Assembly: GCA_951406725.2 (NCBI GenBank)
Contig: OX597838.1
Coordinates: forward strand, 26,908,001-26,972,000
Direction: 5' to 3'
DNA length: 64,000 nucleotides
From: Octopus vulgaris
Taxonomy: Eukaryota
Shown piece after piece: positions 26,409 through 39,525 of the stretch. A program made the translations under genes and the position numbers. Every line of letters starts with the position of its first letter. Position 1 is the first letter of the stretch. The notes under the pieces are model-generated. The model was not told where the DNA came from. It was given only the letters and a program-made list of their open reading frames with translations, and did no database searches.

Positions 26409-26932
26409 ATATATATATATATATATATATATACCGGAGTAAACACATAAATGTGAAACAAGGTGGAAAAAAGAGTACTCAAATACCAGTGGTAGAGTAA
26501 TATGCTTTATATATATATATATATATATATAAATATAATTTCCAAGATTCAAGAGAATCAGTTATTTGAATAATAAAGCACTAATGTCAGGTCGGTGATA
26601 GCACTATCATGTACAAACAATATTTAAGGACAAATCCGTATTTAGTAAAGTAAACACGGATTTGTGCTCCAGTTGTGCATACAATCACAAATGGCTGACT
26701 GAATACACAAGTTGTCAAGGTCACATATGGGTACACTCACTTCACCTACTGCACTGCATTCTATAATCTCTAGATACAAACTAATTGCAGGTTCTGAGTC
26801 AGGCAAATAATAAATAACAACACAAGGATTGTGATTCACTACAGCTGTTTCAGATGTGTTTTTTTTATTGATGAACAGAAGTGTTACATGATGCAAAAAA
26901 ATGATGTTCAAAATGTTTAATTCTTACTTGTA

Positions 26933-27020
26933 TTCACCTGATGAAAACAGGGTTTTTTTTGCATGATGTAACATTTCTGTTCATCAATTAAAAAAACATG
27001 CTTGAAACAGCTGTAGTGAA
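26933..27020 (+). ncRNA. Minimal type I hammerhead ribozyme motif
   Basis: ttcac-CTGATGA(26938-44)-long stem II-GAAA(27004-07)-C-AGCT-GTA^gtgaa. Stem I is ttcac/gtgaa; stem III ACAGCTGT is a perfect palindrome. Confidence 0.75.
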
Positions 27021-27062
27021 ACACAATCCATCTGTTCTTATTTGTGTGTGTGTTTGTGTGTG

Positions 27063-27450
27063 TAGGTGCAGGCATGGCTGTGTGGTAAGAGGATTGCTTC
27101 CCAATCACAGGGTTCTGGGATCAGTCCCACTGCATTGTACCTTGGGCAAGTGTCTTCTACTATAGCCTAGGACCAACCAAAGCCTTATGCGTAGATATGG
27201 TAGACAGAAACTGAAAGAAGCCTGTCGTGTGTGTGTGTATGCATGTGTGTGCGTCCCATCACTGCTTGACAATTAATGTTGGTGTGTTTATGTCTGTGTA
27301 ACATAACAGTTTAGCAAAAGAGACCGCGAGAATAAGTGCCAGACTTAACAAAAAAATGAGTACTGGGGTCGATTCATTCAACTAGAAATTCTTCAAGGTG
27401 GCGCTCCAGTATGGCCACAGTCAAATGACTGAAACAAGTCAAACAGAACA
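27063..27450 (+). mobile_element. Family A SINE
   Basis: Head aggtgcaggcatggctgtgtggtaag to tail gactgaaacaagt. Confidence 0.85.
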
Positions 27451-27989
27451 GATAAAGAAAGATATGTCACCTTCCTTGGCTAAAATATTTGTCTATAGCT
27501 TTGAAGTTTGCGGGGACCAAATTCCTGTTGACACTTGAGTAAATTCAGGGAATGCAGAATAAGGTGTTTTGTTCAAAGTCACATGACACACTTGCGACAG
27601 GTTTGGGGGCAGAGGTATGACAGAGGATGGGGTGGCAGGCAGTAGAGGATTACAAACATCTGACTGCCTGGGTGCCAGATCAAGTGAGGACCACCGGAAG
27701 GGAAGGCAATAAAAACGACAAACAAGTGTAGCTTCAACAGTTTCTTTTTTGTTATGTTGATTTGTTTTCTGTGACCCAGGCACTCAGTGAACTCTGTTGA
27801 ACGGCTCAGTAGTCGATACATATGGAATGAAATGTGGTGGGCTAAGTTGGATAGGCTTGGCTTGGACTGGGCTTAGTTGGGCTGGGTTTTTATTTCTTTT
27901 CTTTCCGCTGGTTGATTTGTTCTTGACACACCATAAACCAGGAGAATAAAAGCTTTTGACGGTGTTCCAATGATTAATTTATGCTTTCT

Positions 27990-28389
27990 CTTTCTCTTTT
28001 TACTTGTTTCAGTCATTTTGACTGCGGCCATGCTGGTGCACCGCCTTTAATCGAGCAACTCGACCTCGGGACTTATTCTTTGTAAGCCCAGTACTTATTC
28101 TATTGGTCTTTTTTGCCGAACCGCTAAGTGACGGGGACATAAACACACCAGCATCGGTTGTCAAGTAATGCTAGGGGGACAAACACAGACACACAAACAT
28201 ACACGCACATACATATATATACATATATACGACGGGCTTCTTTCAGTTTCCATCTACCAAATCCACTCACAAGGCTTTGGTCGGCCCGAGGCTATAGTAG
28301 AAGACACTTGCCCAAGGTGTCACGCAGTGGGACTGAACCCGGAACCATGTGGTTGGTAAACAAGCTACTTACCACACAGCCACTCCTGC
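27990..28389 (-). mobile_element. Family A SINE (young)
   Basis: Near consensus, CpGs retained. Confidence 0.9.
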
Positions 28390-28469
28390 TTTGCTGAATG
28401 TCTTTTGTATTTGTCGGTGGATTTGATAGATAGAAAATGTTTTGTGTGTGTGTGTGTGTTTCTATCTCC

Positions 28470-28670
28470 TTGTCTTGACTTGTGTGATAGTTGTAAATGA
28501 CTGTCACCTCCATCCAAGTGGTGTCTTTTGTCTCCAGACTTCCATGGAAACCATATCTGAGAAATATTTTATTTGGAAACAGGTGAGGATTGGTGACAGG
28601 AAGGGCATCCAGCCATAGAAAATCTGCCTCAACAAATTCCATCAAGCATGGAAAAGTGGGGGTTAAAATG
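28470..28670 (+). mobile_element. Repeat sharing the RTE 3' end (aggaagggcatccagccatagaaa...gttaaa)
   Basis: Related copies at about 3985-4190 (minus), 12190-12380 (minus) and 32810-33255 (plus). Confidence 0.6.
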
Positions 28671-29484
28671 CAGTCTAAATATGCAGTTTTTGAAAATAAG
28701 ATAGGATGGTCATTGCAGGAATGCCTTTGGCTAAAGGTCCACTCAGGGCTGCCTTGGGGCAAAATAACTACAACAAGAATCATTGTTATTATTGACGAGG
28801 ACAATATGTTTATTGGCAAACCACTTTCATGATTTGGTTCAAGTCCCAGTTAGAACTGTTTGGCATAATCCCATTTCCATCAGTGGCATTTTTCCATTTC
28901 CCTTCATTTCATCTCCGACACTAAAAATCTAAGAGTTTGAAATAATAGACGGGAAAAAATAAAATTTACAAAACGAGGTCTTTATCGACTAAAAAAACAA
29001 AAATTACAAAGAAAAAATTAATTTAAATAGAAAATGTAAAACACAAACAAAAAAAAAAGAATTTACTCCCCGTTTTCATGTCTAAACAATAGAGCAACCG
29101 AGATATTTTTAAATTCGATTTTTGTATGAAAAGATTATCATTGATCTACATTTTCAGTATGGAAGTCCTCGATTCAATCAACCACCTCGTTATATTGAAA
29201 TTTTTGATTGTTTTCATTTAATTTAAGCTAGCAAGAAAGCCTTTCTACAGCCACAATAAAAATAACAACAGTTTCTAATTTTGCCACAAGAGCAGCAATT
29301 TTGGGGGAGGGGATGAGTCGATTACATCACCCCCATTATTTCACTGGTACTTAATTTATTGACCTTGAAAGGACAAAAAACAAAGTTGATCTTGGTAGAA
29401 TCTCTTAGAACATGAAGATGAACGAAATGCTGTTAAGCATTGTGCCCAGCATGCTAACAATTCTGCCAGCTCACCACCTTTTTC

Positions 29485-29519
<35 letters not shown>

Positions 29520-29520
<1 letters not shown>

Positions 29521-30075
29521 GATGCAGACCCAGGCACTGGCTCTCATGGCTTCTGATCTTAGCTAATGCCCTGATGCAGTACCAGACAGTGGCTCTCATG
29601 GCTTCTGATCTTAACTGATTGGAAGTATTATCATGTACATTGTTTTGTCTTGGTGTAAAAGATGGGCTACAGCAAATATTCTGCTCAATACCACAGATTT
29701 GCTTGTCAGTGCCTCTCTGATCATGAGCAGAAGTAATGGGGGAACATCATAGCCATATGTTGAAAGGAATTCCTAGAGGTTTGGATAATTCACCTTTGGA
29801 AACATGGGTGGTTCGTTCAACATCCTTAACCCTTATTCAAGGATCTTTTGAATGAGATGGGCTACTCGACTAGAAGAAAATTCTAACTGGACCCCACCTG
29901 CAAGGTCATGTGCAGTTTATCTTGATATAAGATCACCATGTCGTGCACATATGGTTGTGATGCATGTGCCTGGTGTACCCTTATCAGACAGGTAGTCATG
30001 ACGGGTATACTGGGTTTTATATATTTTACCCCAGTGTTACTTTGATGGCATGCACTGCTCCCTCACTCAATATTA
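29520..30075 (+). mobile_element. Retroelement 3' region embedded in (TAA)n
   Basis: Last about 85 bp match 10238-10321; both copies sit in TAA/TCA repeats, suggesting microsatellite targeting. Confidence 0.55.
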
Positions 30076-30670
30076 ATAATAATAATCCTTTCTAATTTTG
30101 GAACAAGTCCAGCTATTTTGAGGGGAGGGGGAAGTTGATTACATCGATCCCAGCATTTGATTAGTTCTGTATTTTACAGACCCTGAAAAAATAAAAGGCA
30201 AAGTTGACAAATGCCACCAATGTTGACTCGGCCTTTCGACTCTGGCGCGGGTGGGGGGGTGGGGGGTGAAAAATAAAATACCATACAAGTACTAAGATCA
30301 ATGTTATCAACTTGCTGCTACCCTCAACATTGCTGGCTTTGTGCCAAATTCTGAAATCACAATAATAATAATAATAATCCTTTCTACTGTAGGCACAAAG
30401 CCCGAAAGTTTTCAAAAAAGGTCTAAGTTGATTACATCGACACCCTGGTACTTATTTCATCAGCCCTGAACAGGATAAAAGACAAAGTCAACCTCAGTGG
30501 AATTTGAACTTAGAATTTAAAGATGGATGAAAAGCAATTAAGCATTTTGTCCAGCGTGCTAACGATTCTGCCAGCTTGCCACCTTAATAATGGTTTGGAA
30601 TTTTGACACAAGGCCAGCAACTTTGGAGGAGGGGTGAGTGGGTTAGATCAGCCCCAATGCTCAGCTGGTA

Positions 30671-31192
30671 CCATAAATCTTCAAGTATAGTCCGCCCTTG
30701 AGTATAATACACAGGGGTTTTTTAGGGGACTGTACCTCTGAAAAACCTAAACCTTGTTTATAATAAGCACTCCTTCTCTAACTTGAATCGTGCATAATTA
30801 AGCCAGCAGCACCTAGTCAAACAAGCACTTCCGCGCATGCGTAATACAATAATGGTGATGTTCTTAACTGTTATATGGGAATGTAAATATGTTTGCAAAT
30901 TGTTTTTTTTACATGTTATTCTGTGATCTGAATACTTTTATTTTAATAAATGTTGCTTACTGCAAGTTATGGATGATTCTTTTATGACTTCATTGCTTTC
31001 AGGCTTAGCTTAAGGTATTTTCGTGCCTGACATCACAAAATGCATCTGAATAAATATTGCCAGACAGCAAATAGAGACTCGGACATTGCTTAGGAGATAT
31101 TTATCATTTTTAACCTCATATATAGTACGCACTAGGGATTTTGACCTTTAAATTTTTGGGGAAAAATGCGGATTATACTCGAGGATTGATGG
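30671..31192. mobile_element. Tc1/mariner-superfamily MITE inserted at TA in a family C SINE
   Basis: TA|ccataaatcttcaagtata...tatactcgaggattgatgg|TA; removing it restores the SINE ctggTActaatt; inverted homologue at 50705-51215. Confidence 0.85.
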
Positions 31193-32146
31193 TACTAATT
31201 TTTTTGACCCTGAAACGATGATGATGGTGACAATGATGATGCTAATGATGATGGTACTGAAAGTGTTGGTGATGATGATGGTTACATAGAAGACAGATGA
31301 TGATGATGACCATGAAGATGACAATGATGATGGGGGAGAGGGCGGTAATGATCCGAAAGTTTCATTGTAAAGTAATTAACTCTTTATAGTAAACGACCCG
31401 ATTAGAAAGAAAGAAAGAAAGAAGAGAGAGAGAGACAGCAGCAACACGCTCCACCGATCAGTAATGGGTCATTAGGGAATAGGTTTATTGATCGATACGG
31501 AAGGGTGGAGATATGTGTGGTGGGGCGTGGAAGTGTTGGGTGATCGAATGGGAAGTCATACATATCATATAACAACAACAACAAGACATCAGAAATTTGA
31601 TTTTTAAAGCAATATTTTAATGCTTTTCACATTAAATGTGTTAATGCCCACTCAAATATCTGAAGTGAATATGAAAAAGATGGGAGGACACACGTACACA
31701 CAAAAAAATGTACGTATTGTAATTGAAAGTGTTTAAGTGGAGAGCATCGATTCCCTGCATTTATTTCTCTGGGCACCTATTTTATCTGAATGATGAAAAT
31801 AGGGATTTCATTGCTTGGAGAGAGGGGATAGAAGAACTAGGGTAAAAGCGGGTGGTGGGCGAGGAATGAGAGGGGGGAACCAGTGAACGCAAATGACCTG
31901 GAACCTATTTGAGAAAAAGAATGCGGAAACATCCGCATGAATATGTGAAATATTAAACATGAGAAATAAATAAATACCACGGAAAACATGTAATTATATA
32001 AGAAAGAAAAATCGTTTTGAAAAATATTTCTTTTTAGATATGTAAAACAAAAAACAAAACAAAAAGGTGTAGGCATGGCTGTGTGGTTAAGAAGTTTGCT
32101 TCCCAACCACATAGTCTTGAGTTCAATCCCACTGCACATCAGCGAA

Positions 32147-32176
<30 letters not shown>

Positions 32177-32178
<2 letters not shown>

Positions 32179-32587
32179 GCGCAGGAGTGGCTGTGTGGTA
32201 AGTAGCTTGCTAACCAACCACATGGTTCCGGGTTCAGTCCCACTGCGTGGCACCTTGGGCAAGTGTCTTCTGCTATAGCCTCGGGCCGACCAATGCCTTG
32301 TGAGTGGATTTGGTAGACGGAAACTGAAAGAAGCCTGTCATATATATATATATATATATGTGTGTGTGTATATGTTTGTGTGTCTGTGTTTGTCCCTCTA
32401 GCATTGCTTGACAACCGATGCTGATGTGTTTACGTCCCCGTCACTTAGCGGTCGGTTCGGCAAAAGAGACCGATAGAATTAAGTACTGGGCTTACAAAGA
32501 ATAAGTCCTGGGGTCGATTTGCTCGACTAACAGCGGTGCTCCAGCATGGCCACAGTCAAATGACTGAAACAAGTAAAAGAGAAAAGA
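32177..32587 (+). mobile_element. Family A SINE (young, full length)
   Basis: aggcgcaggagtggctgtgtggtaag ... aagtaaaagagaaaaga. Confidence 0.92.
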
Positions 32588-32932
32588 TATATATATATAG
32601 ATATATATATATATATGTTTGTTTTTATATTATAATAAAAGCAGTTTTACATTAAATTGAAGGATTCACTCAATACATTTGCTAGAGCATAAATTCATTG
32701 TTCTTTAGCAAAAATAGTATTGACAGTGACTTCAAAGTTTCAGCCAGCTAAGCCATTATACACACACACACACACACACACGTATATGTGTGTGCGCAAG
32801 CCCCTCCTTGCCTTGACATTGTGTCATAGCTGTAAATGAGTGTCACTGTCCTACATGCAGTGTCATTCATTTCTAATCTACAAAACCATGTCTGGTCATC
32901 AGGCAATATTACCTTACTTGGAAACAGGTAAG

Positions 32933-33161
32933 GCAGCAAGCTGGCAGAAATGTTAGCACGATGGGCGAAATGCTTAGCAGTATTTTGTCTGCCGCTACAT
33001 TCTGAGTTCAAATTCCGCCAAGGTCGACTTTGCCTTTCATCCTTTCGGGGTCAATTAAATAAGTACTAGTTACACACTGGGGTCGATATAATCGACTTAA
33101 TCCATTTGTCTGTCCTTGTTTGTCCTCTCTGTGTTTAGCCCCTTGTGGGTAGTAAAGAAAT
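32933..33161 (+). mobile_element. Family B SINE nested in an older repeat
   Basis: aggtaag repeated at both ends. Confidence 0.85.
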
Positions 33162-33608
33162 AGGTAAGCGCTGGCAACAGGAGGGGCATCTAGCCATAGA
33201 AACTCTGCCTCAACAAATTTCATCTAAGCTTAGAAAAGGGCACATTAAAACAATGATGAGGACAAGGACAACAATTTCTTTTTAAAAAATTGCTAATAAC
33301 TGAAATAGACAAAGGACCAAATGCAATCACATACTGAGAGAAATGATTTAAGGTTACAATCCTGGCATTTCAGAGCAAAAAAAAAGTGTGTTTAATCCTT
33401 TAATTATGAAATTTAATTTCATGGTTATTTTAGTAAGAATGTTAAATGTTTACCAAAAAATGGAATTGGCATTGTCTGCAAGTCATGTAGCCTCAGTTAA
33501 CTTGACATATCTCACCAGAAAATAGTTTTAAGCATGACATTCCTCAATAAAAAGTTAGGTTGAAATATAAAACTGCTCTCCACATAAATGAAATTTTGAG
33601 GAGATATT

Positions 33609-34233
33609 CCATTAATGCATAGCATCCAGAAAAATGGACGCAGGAAAAATTACTATTGCTTGTTAAGTAAACTACCAATTGAGCTTATGTTTGGTATAGT
33701 CTGCCTCTAAACTAGTGCTCTATGAGTGAGCAGGCTCTGCATACAAACAAACCAACTCTTTTACTTGCATCAGTCATTTGACTGCGGCCATACTGGAGCA
33801 CCGCCTTTAGTTGAGCAAATCGACTCCAGGACTTATTCTTTGTAAACCTAGTACTTATTCTATCGGTCTCTTTTGCCTAACCGCTATGTTACGGGGACGT
33901 AAACACACCAGCATCGGTTGTCAAGCGATGTTGGGGGGGACAAACACAGACACACAAACATATACCCACACACACATACATATATATATATATGCGACAG
34001 GCTTCTTTCAGTTTCTATCTACCAAATCCACTCACAAGGCTTTGGTCGGCCCAAGGCTATAGTAGAAGACACTCGCCCAAAGTGCCACGCAGTGGGAATG
34101 AACCCAGAACCATGTGGTTGATAAGCAAGCTACTTACCACACAGCCACTCCAGCGCCCATACACATGTACGAAACAAGTAATAGTCAATTTTTTTTCCTG
34201 CATCCATTTTTCTAGACGCTATGCATTAATGGG
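33609..34233. mobile_element. piggyBac-like MITE with about 55-bp TIRs, containing a family A SINE (33756-34157, minus)
   Basis: ccattaatgcatagcatccagaaaaatggacgcagg... pairs with ...cctgcatccatttttctagacgctatgcattaatggg|TTAA. Confidence 0.75.
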
Positions 34234-35422
34234 TTAAATATCTGACATCCACAGCAAAAAGTTTAACCAATGATAGCAGCAATGATGAGGATAATTACAC
34301 TATCAAAGTTGATAATGGTACTGGTGACATTTTTTATTCCCTTTATATTGTAATTGGCTAATTTTAACCCTTTCACAGTGAAATCAAATTCCAGGGTTAT
34401 TCCACTAATGGTGCTAAATATCTACCAACAAAATGGAATTGGTTTTTTTCTGCAAGTCTCGTAGAATCAATAAACTTGACCTATCAAAATTGAAAACAAT
34501 TTTTAACTTGACATTTCTCAACAAAAGACAGACTGGTCGTATAAAACTGCTTTCCTCGGTGAAGGGTAATGAGATCTCGATTGGACCTATCTGATTTCTG
34601 CAGAGAGAGTGTTAAGCTTAAAAACACAATGAACGGCCGATACCAAAAACAATAAAAACAAAGAAAAAGAGAGAAAGAAAGGACGAGAGAAGGACGAAAC
34701 CTGCATTAAAAGTCATAAAAATGAATGAAAACAGAAAAAAAAAAAGCTAGCATGAATTATTGGTTTACATATGGTTATGTTACTAATTATTGAGTCTAAC
34801 GAGGAGTGCTGTGTAATGAGTGTTAAAGGGAGATGGTGACAGGGGGGGGTGTAGTGGAAGGTAAGGGTACAGGTGGGGGGGTAGAAGGGACAGCAATGTA
34901 ATACTATTGTTGTAAACAATGTAATTAGGGGGTGGAGGACGACATGAAAGGTTCTGGCACCTATGGAATTGGGTTACTCATAGAATAAGCATTTCTTTAG
35001 ACTTTCTATATTGTGTGTGTGTGTGTATATGCATACATGTAGTGTACATGTGTGTATATTTGTATACATGGTGAGTATATGTGCACACATGTGTGTATAT
35101 GTGTTTATAGATGAGTGTATATATATTTTTGGTGATGATCTATATGCATAAAAATGCATACATATATACACTCACATATATGTAAGTGTATATATACACA
35201 TACTAGTGATTTATATATGTGTGTGCATGCTATAAACTGTGTGTGTGTGTGTGTAAGCTCGTATGTGTGTATATAGAAGGGTGTGTATATGCACATGTAC
35301 ATGTGTGCATGCACATGTGTGAATGTATATGTGCATGCATGTATGTAAATGTGCATGTGTATGTGTGTAAATGTGCATGCACACGTATGTGTAAATGTGT
35401 GTGTGTGCATGAGTGTATGCAT

Positions 35423-35461
<39 letters not shown>

Positions 35462-35990
35462 CATGAGAGTGTGTGCATGAGAGTGTGTGCATGAGTGTGT
35501 GTGATCATTATTTCTTCATGCAAGGACTGCAGTAATAAATTTTAGCACAGTCAACAATACCACAAAAATGTTTCTGAAAAGGTGGGTGGTGGTGGGAGGT
35601 GGTAAGGGATCTAGTCCACACACACATTCCAGTATTGGACTAGCATTGTTACCAACTCCCCACCACCACCACACCCACCTCAGACGAAGGGTGAGCGTAG
35701 GAGAGAAACAGTTCATTCAGTACGGCTGATTAGATCGAACTTCCCCCACCCACATACCCTTACCAACTACTACCCCCCCATCCCCCAACAACAACAATGG
35801 ATTAGTACTTGCTTTATCAAAACCCAGCCCACCTTGTCTTCCTGGATAGGTTCAGAAAGCCACAAAGTGAAGCTCTAAAAGAATTTAAACTCAGAATATA
35901 AAAAGAACGGTAACTAAATGCTTGGAAAAGGGTTTCATCCGATGCTCTACTGATTCGAGCAGCAAAATTTTCCCCTAAATCACACCTTAA

Positions 35991-36187
35991 CCCTTTAGCA
36001 TTTTAACCAGCCATATGCAGCCAAAATATTCCAACCATTTTATGTTCAAACTGACCAGATTCGGCTTCTCACACCTATCCTACAATGTCATTCTAAAAAT
36101 AAACAGTCACAATCATTGAAATCTTCAAAGCTGAGAAAGTGTGTGATTAATTCAAAACAATGTGAATAAATAAGAAATGCTAAAAGG
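35991..36187. mobile_element. piggyBac-like MITE, family 1
   Basis: TTAA flanks; homologous to 9686-9905. Confidence 0.8.
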
Positions 36188-36418
36188 TTAATGTCTTAAA
36201 AAATAATAGGATGTGTTGGACACATTTCATTGTTCGAAAAAAAAGTTCCTTTTCTATGTTTTTGTTTTTTATGTTCTCGTTTCTCATTATGTCTACGTTT
36301 TTTCAATGTCATGTACCCATATATGCATGTCTATATACATATATATATATATATGTAAATATGGACATATATGTATGTATGCATATATCTATATATTATT
36401 TATATTATATATACAGAT

Positions 36419-36950
36419 CATCATCATCATCATCGTTTAACGTCCATTTTCTGTGCTAGCACGGGTTGGACGGTTCAACTGGGGTCTGGGAAGCCAGGAG
36501 GCTGCACCAAGCCCAGTCTGATCTGGCAGTGTTTCTACAGCTTGATGTCCTTCCTAACGCCAACCACTCCGTGAGTGTAGTGGGTGCTTTTTACATGCCA
36601 CCGGCACAGAAGCCAGTCAAGGCAGCGCTGGCATCAGCCACATTCGAATGGTGCTTTTTACATGCCACCGGCACAGGTATCACAACTACTATTTCCATTT
36701 GATATTTATTTCGATGTTCATGTACTTGACTCAATAGGTCTCCTCAAGCACAGCAGGTTGTTCTGAAATCCAAGGTACTTTGAATGGGCTGGGGCTATGC
36801 AGAACTGGTGCAGGAAGCAGCCCGGGTCTTTGCAGTCACAGCATATCTCCAGAGATCTCCGTCCTTCGTCATTGCCTCTGTGAGGCCCAACGCTCTAAGG
36901 TCATGCTTGACCACCTCATCCCATGTCTTCCTGGGTCTACCTCTCCCCCT
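36419..36950 (-). mobile_element. 5'-truncated RTE-clade LINE (ORF C-terminus plus 3' UTR)
   Basis: RGRGRPRKTWDEVVKHDLRALGLTEAMTKDGDLWRYAV is typical of RTE C-termini; (GAT)n tail. Confidence 0.85.
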
Positions 36951-37592
36951 ATATATATATATATATAGATATATGTATGTATTTGAGTAGTACACCCTTG
37001 GTTATGGCAATAACCAAAGAGAGAGTAACCATTGGTTTCACACCTACTATCACATCTACAAATATTGATATTGCCCATTACTATAGTAGACATGAAGCTA
37101 ATCATAACTTTCTGACCTGGTTATTGCCCGAACCAAGGATATAATACTCACATACATGAAAGTATAATTACTGAAAATTTTTTTCAGAATGTGTTTTTTT
37201 TTCTGACTTATAGCAACTGACTGAGGTTATAATATTTCATATAGGGTGGCAAAGAAATTGTAATGTTGCAAACTGAATGCCTTTCCTACAGATATTATCA
37301 TAGAAGCAGAAAGGCCAAATGGGTGAGGTTTGTCTTCGTGAATTTTCAGTTCAATTTTGATGACAGTCGTCTATGAAATAAATAAATAAATATACAAATT
37401 TCATGCCTTGTCAAGTTTTATGGAGAGTCATGTATAGTTTGTCGGTCATTCAACCATGTCCATTTCCTAAATGACTGGATGTTGGGTAAACAACTAAAGA
37501 CAACAACAATACCCAAATGCCACAGTTGCAGTCACACCTAGTATGTTTAAGAATTAAATTACCTATTTACTAACATGACTGATATATATATA

Positions 37593-37974
37593 CTCTTTTA
37601 CTTGTTTCAGTCATTTGACTGCAGCCATGCTGGAGCACCGCCTTTAAATGAGCAACTCAACCCCGGGACTTATTCTTTTGTAAGCCCAGTGCTTATTCTA
37701 TCGGTCTCTTTTGTCGAACTGCTAAGTTACGGGGACATAAACACACCAGCATCGGTTGTCAAGCAATGCTAGGGGACAAACACAGACACACACACACATA
37801 TATATACATACATATATACGACGGGCTTCTTTCAGTTTCCGTCTACCAAAGCCACTCACAAGGCTTTGGTCGGCCCGAGGCTATAGTAGAAGACACTTGC
37901 CCAAGGTGCCACGCAGTGGGACTGAACCCGGAACCATGTGGTTGGTAGACAAGCTACTTACCACACAGCCACTC
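37593..37974 (-). mobile_element. Family A SINE (young)
   Basis: Near consensus. Confidence 0.9.
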
Positions 37975-38287
37975 GTATATAATAATTATTTGGATCTTGG
38001 GTATATGGTTAGTAATATGCTGAGTAAAGCACTTTCACCGCTTAGGCTACCTGATGTTATCCACAGTAACGATATAATTGTCACTGGATCGGCATTAGGA
38101 ATTTTGCAGTATTTGTTGAGTTTATAAAGAATGAGGGGAAACAGAAAATGGAGTTTGCAAGAATCTTTATCAACACAATGATCATTTCAAACCATCCTGT
38201 GTCTATATGATGGGTCGAAATGATAATTATGTTGAATAAAGATTCTTGCTAACTCCATCTTCCATTTCCCTCATTCATTATATATTC

Positions 38288-38324
<37 letters not shown>

Positions 38325-38355
38325 AACACACATGGATTATTAACTTCATTCAGTC

Positions 38356-39525
38356 ACACTGCGTGGCACCTTGGGCAAGTGTTTTCTACTATAGCCTCAG
38401 GCTGACCAAAGCCTTGTGAATGGATTTGGTAGACGGAAACTGAAAGAAGCCCGTCGTTTATATGTATATATATGTGTGTGTGTGTCCCCAACATCACTTG
38501 ACAACCGATGCTGGTGTGTTTACGTCCCCATAACTTAGCGGTTCGACAAAATAGACCGATACAATAAGTACTAGGCTTACAAAGACTAAGTCCTTGGGTT
38601 GATTTGCTCGAAAGATAAAGTTGGTCTAAATGGAATTTGAACTCAGAGTGTAAGATGTCAGAAGAAATATAACTCGTTCACTCGTCCTGTAATAATGGTT
38701 TCAAATCTTGGCACAAGGCCAGCGATTTCAGAGGAGAGGTTAAGTCAATAACATCGATCCCATTGCTCAACCGGCACTCATTTGATCGACTCAGAAAGGA
38801 TGAAAGTCAAACTCAGTCAAATTTGCACTCAGAATGTAAAAACGGAAAAAGATGCAAAGAAATTTGTCTAATGATTATTATTATTATTATTACTATTATT
38901 ATTATGATTTCAGATTTTGGCACAAGGCCAGCAATTTTGGGTTAACTCAATTACATCGGCACCAGTGTTTAACTGGTATTTATTTTATCAACTCCCAAAA
39001 AGACGAAAGGCAAAGTTGACCTCGGCGGAATTTGGACTCAGAACATAATGACAGACAAAATGTCCGGTGTGCTAATGATTCTGCCAGCTCTCCACCTTAA
39101 TAATAATAAGATTTAAGTCCAAGGCAAGCCATTTTGAAGAGAGAAGATTAAATCGATTCAACTAACGTCTGTGCTTAATTAGTACTTTATCGTATCGCTC
39201 CACTCCACACCCGGCGTGATGAAAAGCGAAGTTGACCCCCACAGGATCTGAACTCAGAACACGAAGAGTTGAAAGAAATTCTGCAAGATATTTCGTCCGG
39301 GCGCTCTAACGATTTTGTCTTAATAACGATAATAATTATCATCTCTAATATACATACTACGCTAGAAATTTTGAGAGGAGGGACTTTAACTCAACTAGAT
39401 TGACTGGTATGTTATTTCATCGATTTCAAGAAAGGATTTGATGGCAAAGTTCATCACAACAGCGTTTTTAAACATAAAAATAAAGAGTCAAAAGAAAGAT
39501 TGCAAGTCATTTTGTCCGACGCCCT
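38356..39525. mobile_element. Partial family A SINE (plus) followed by four diverged family C SINEs (minus)
   Basis: Repeated ggcacaaggccagc...aaagttgacctcggcggaattt motifs. Confidence 0.7.

Noticed and set aside
28158-28397. Recurrent ORFs such as MSSNARG...RRHLPKV suggesting a gene family
   Set aside because: All are translations of family A SINE copies.
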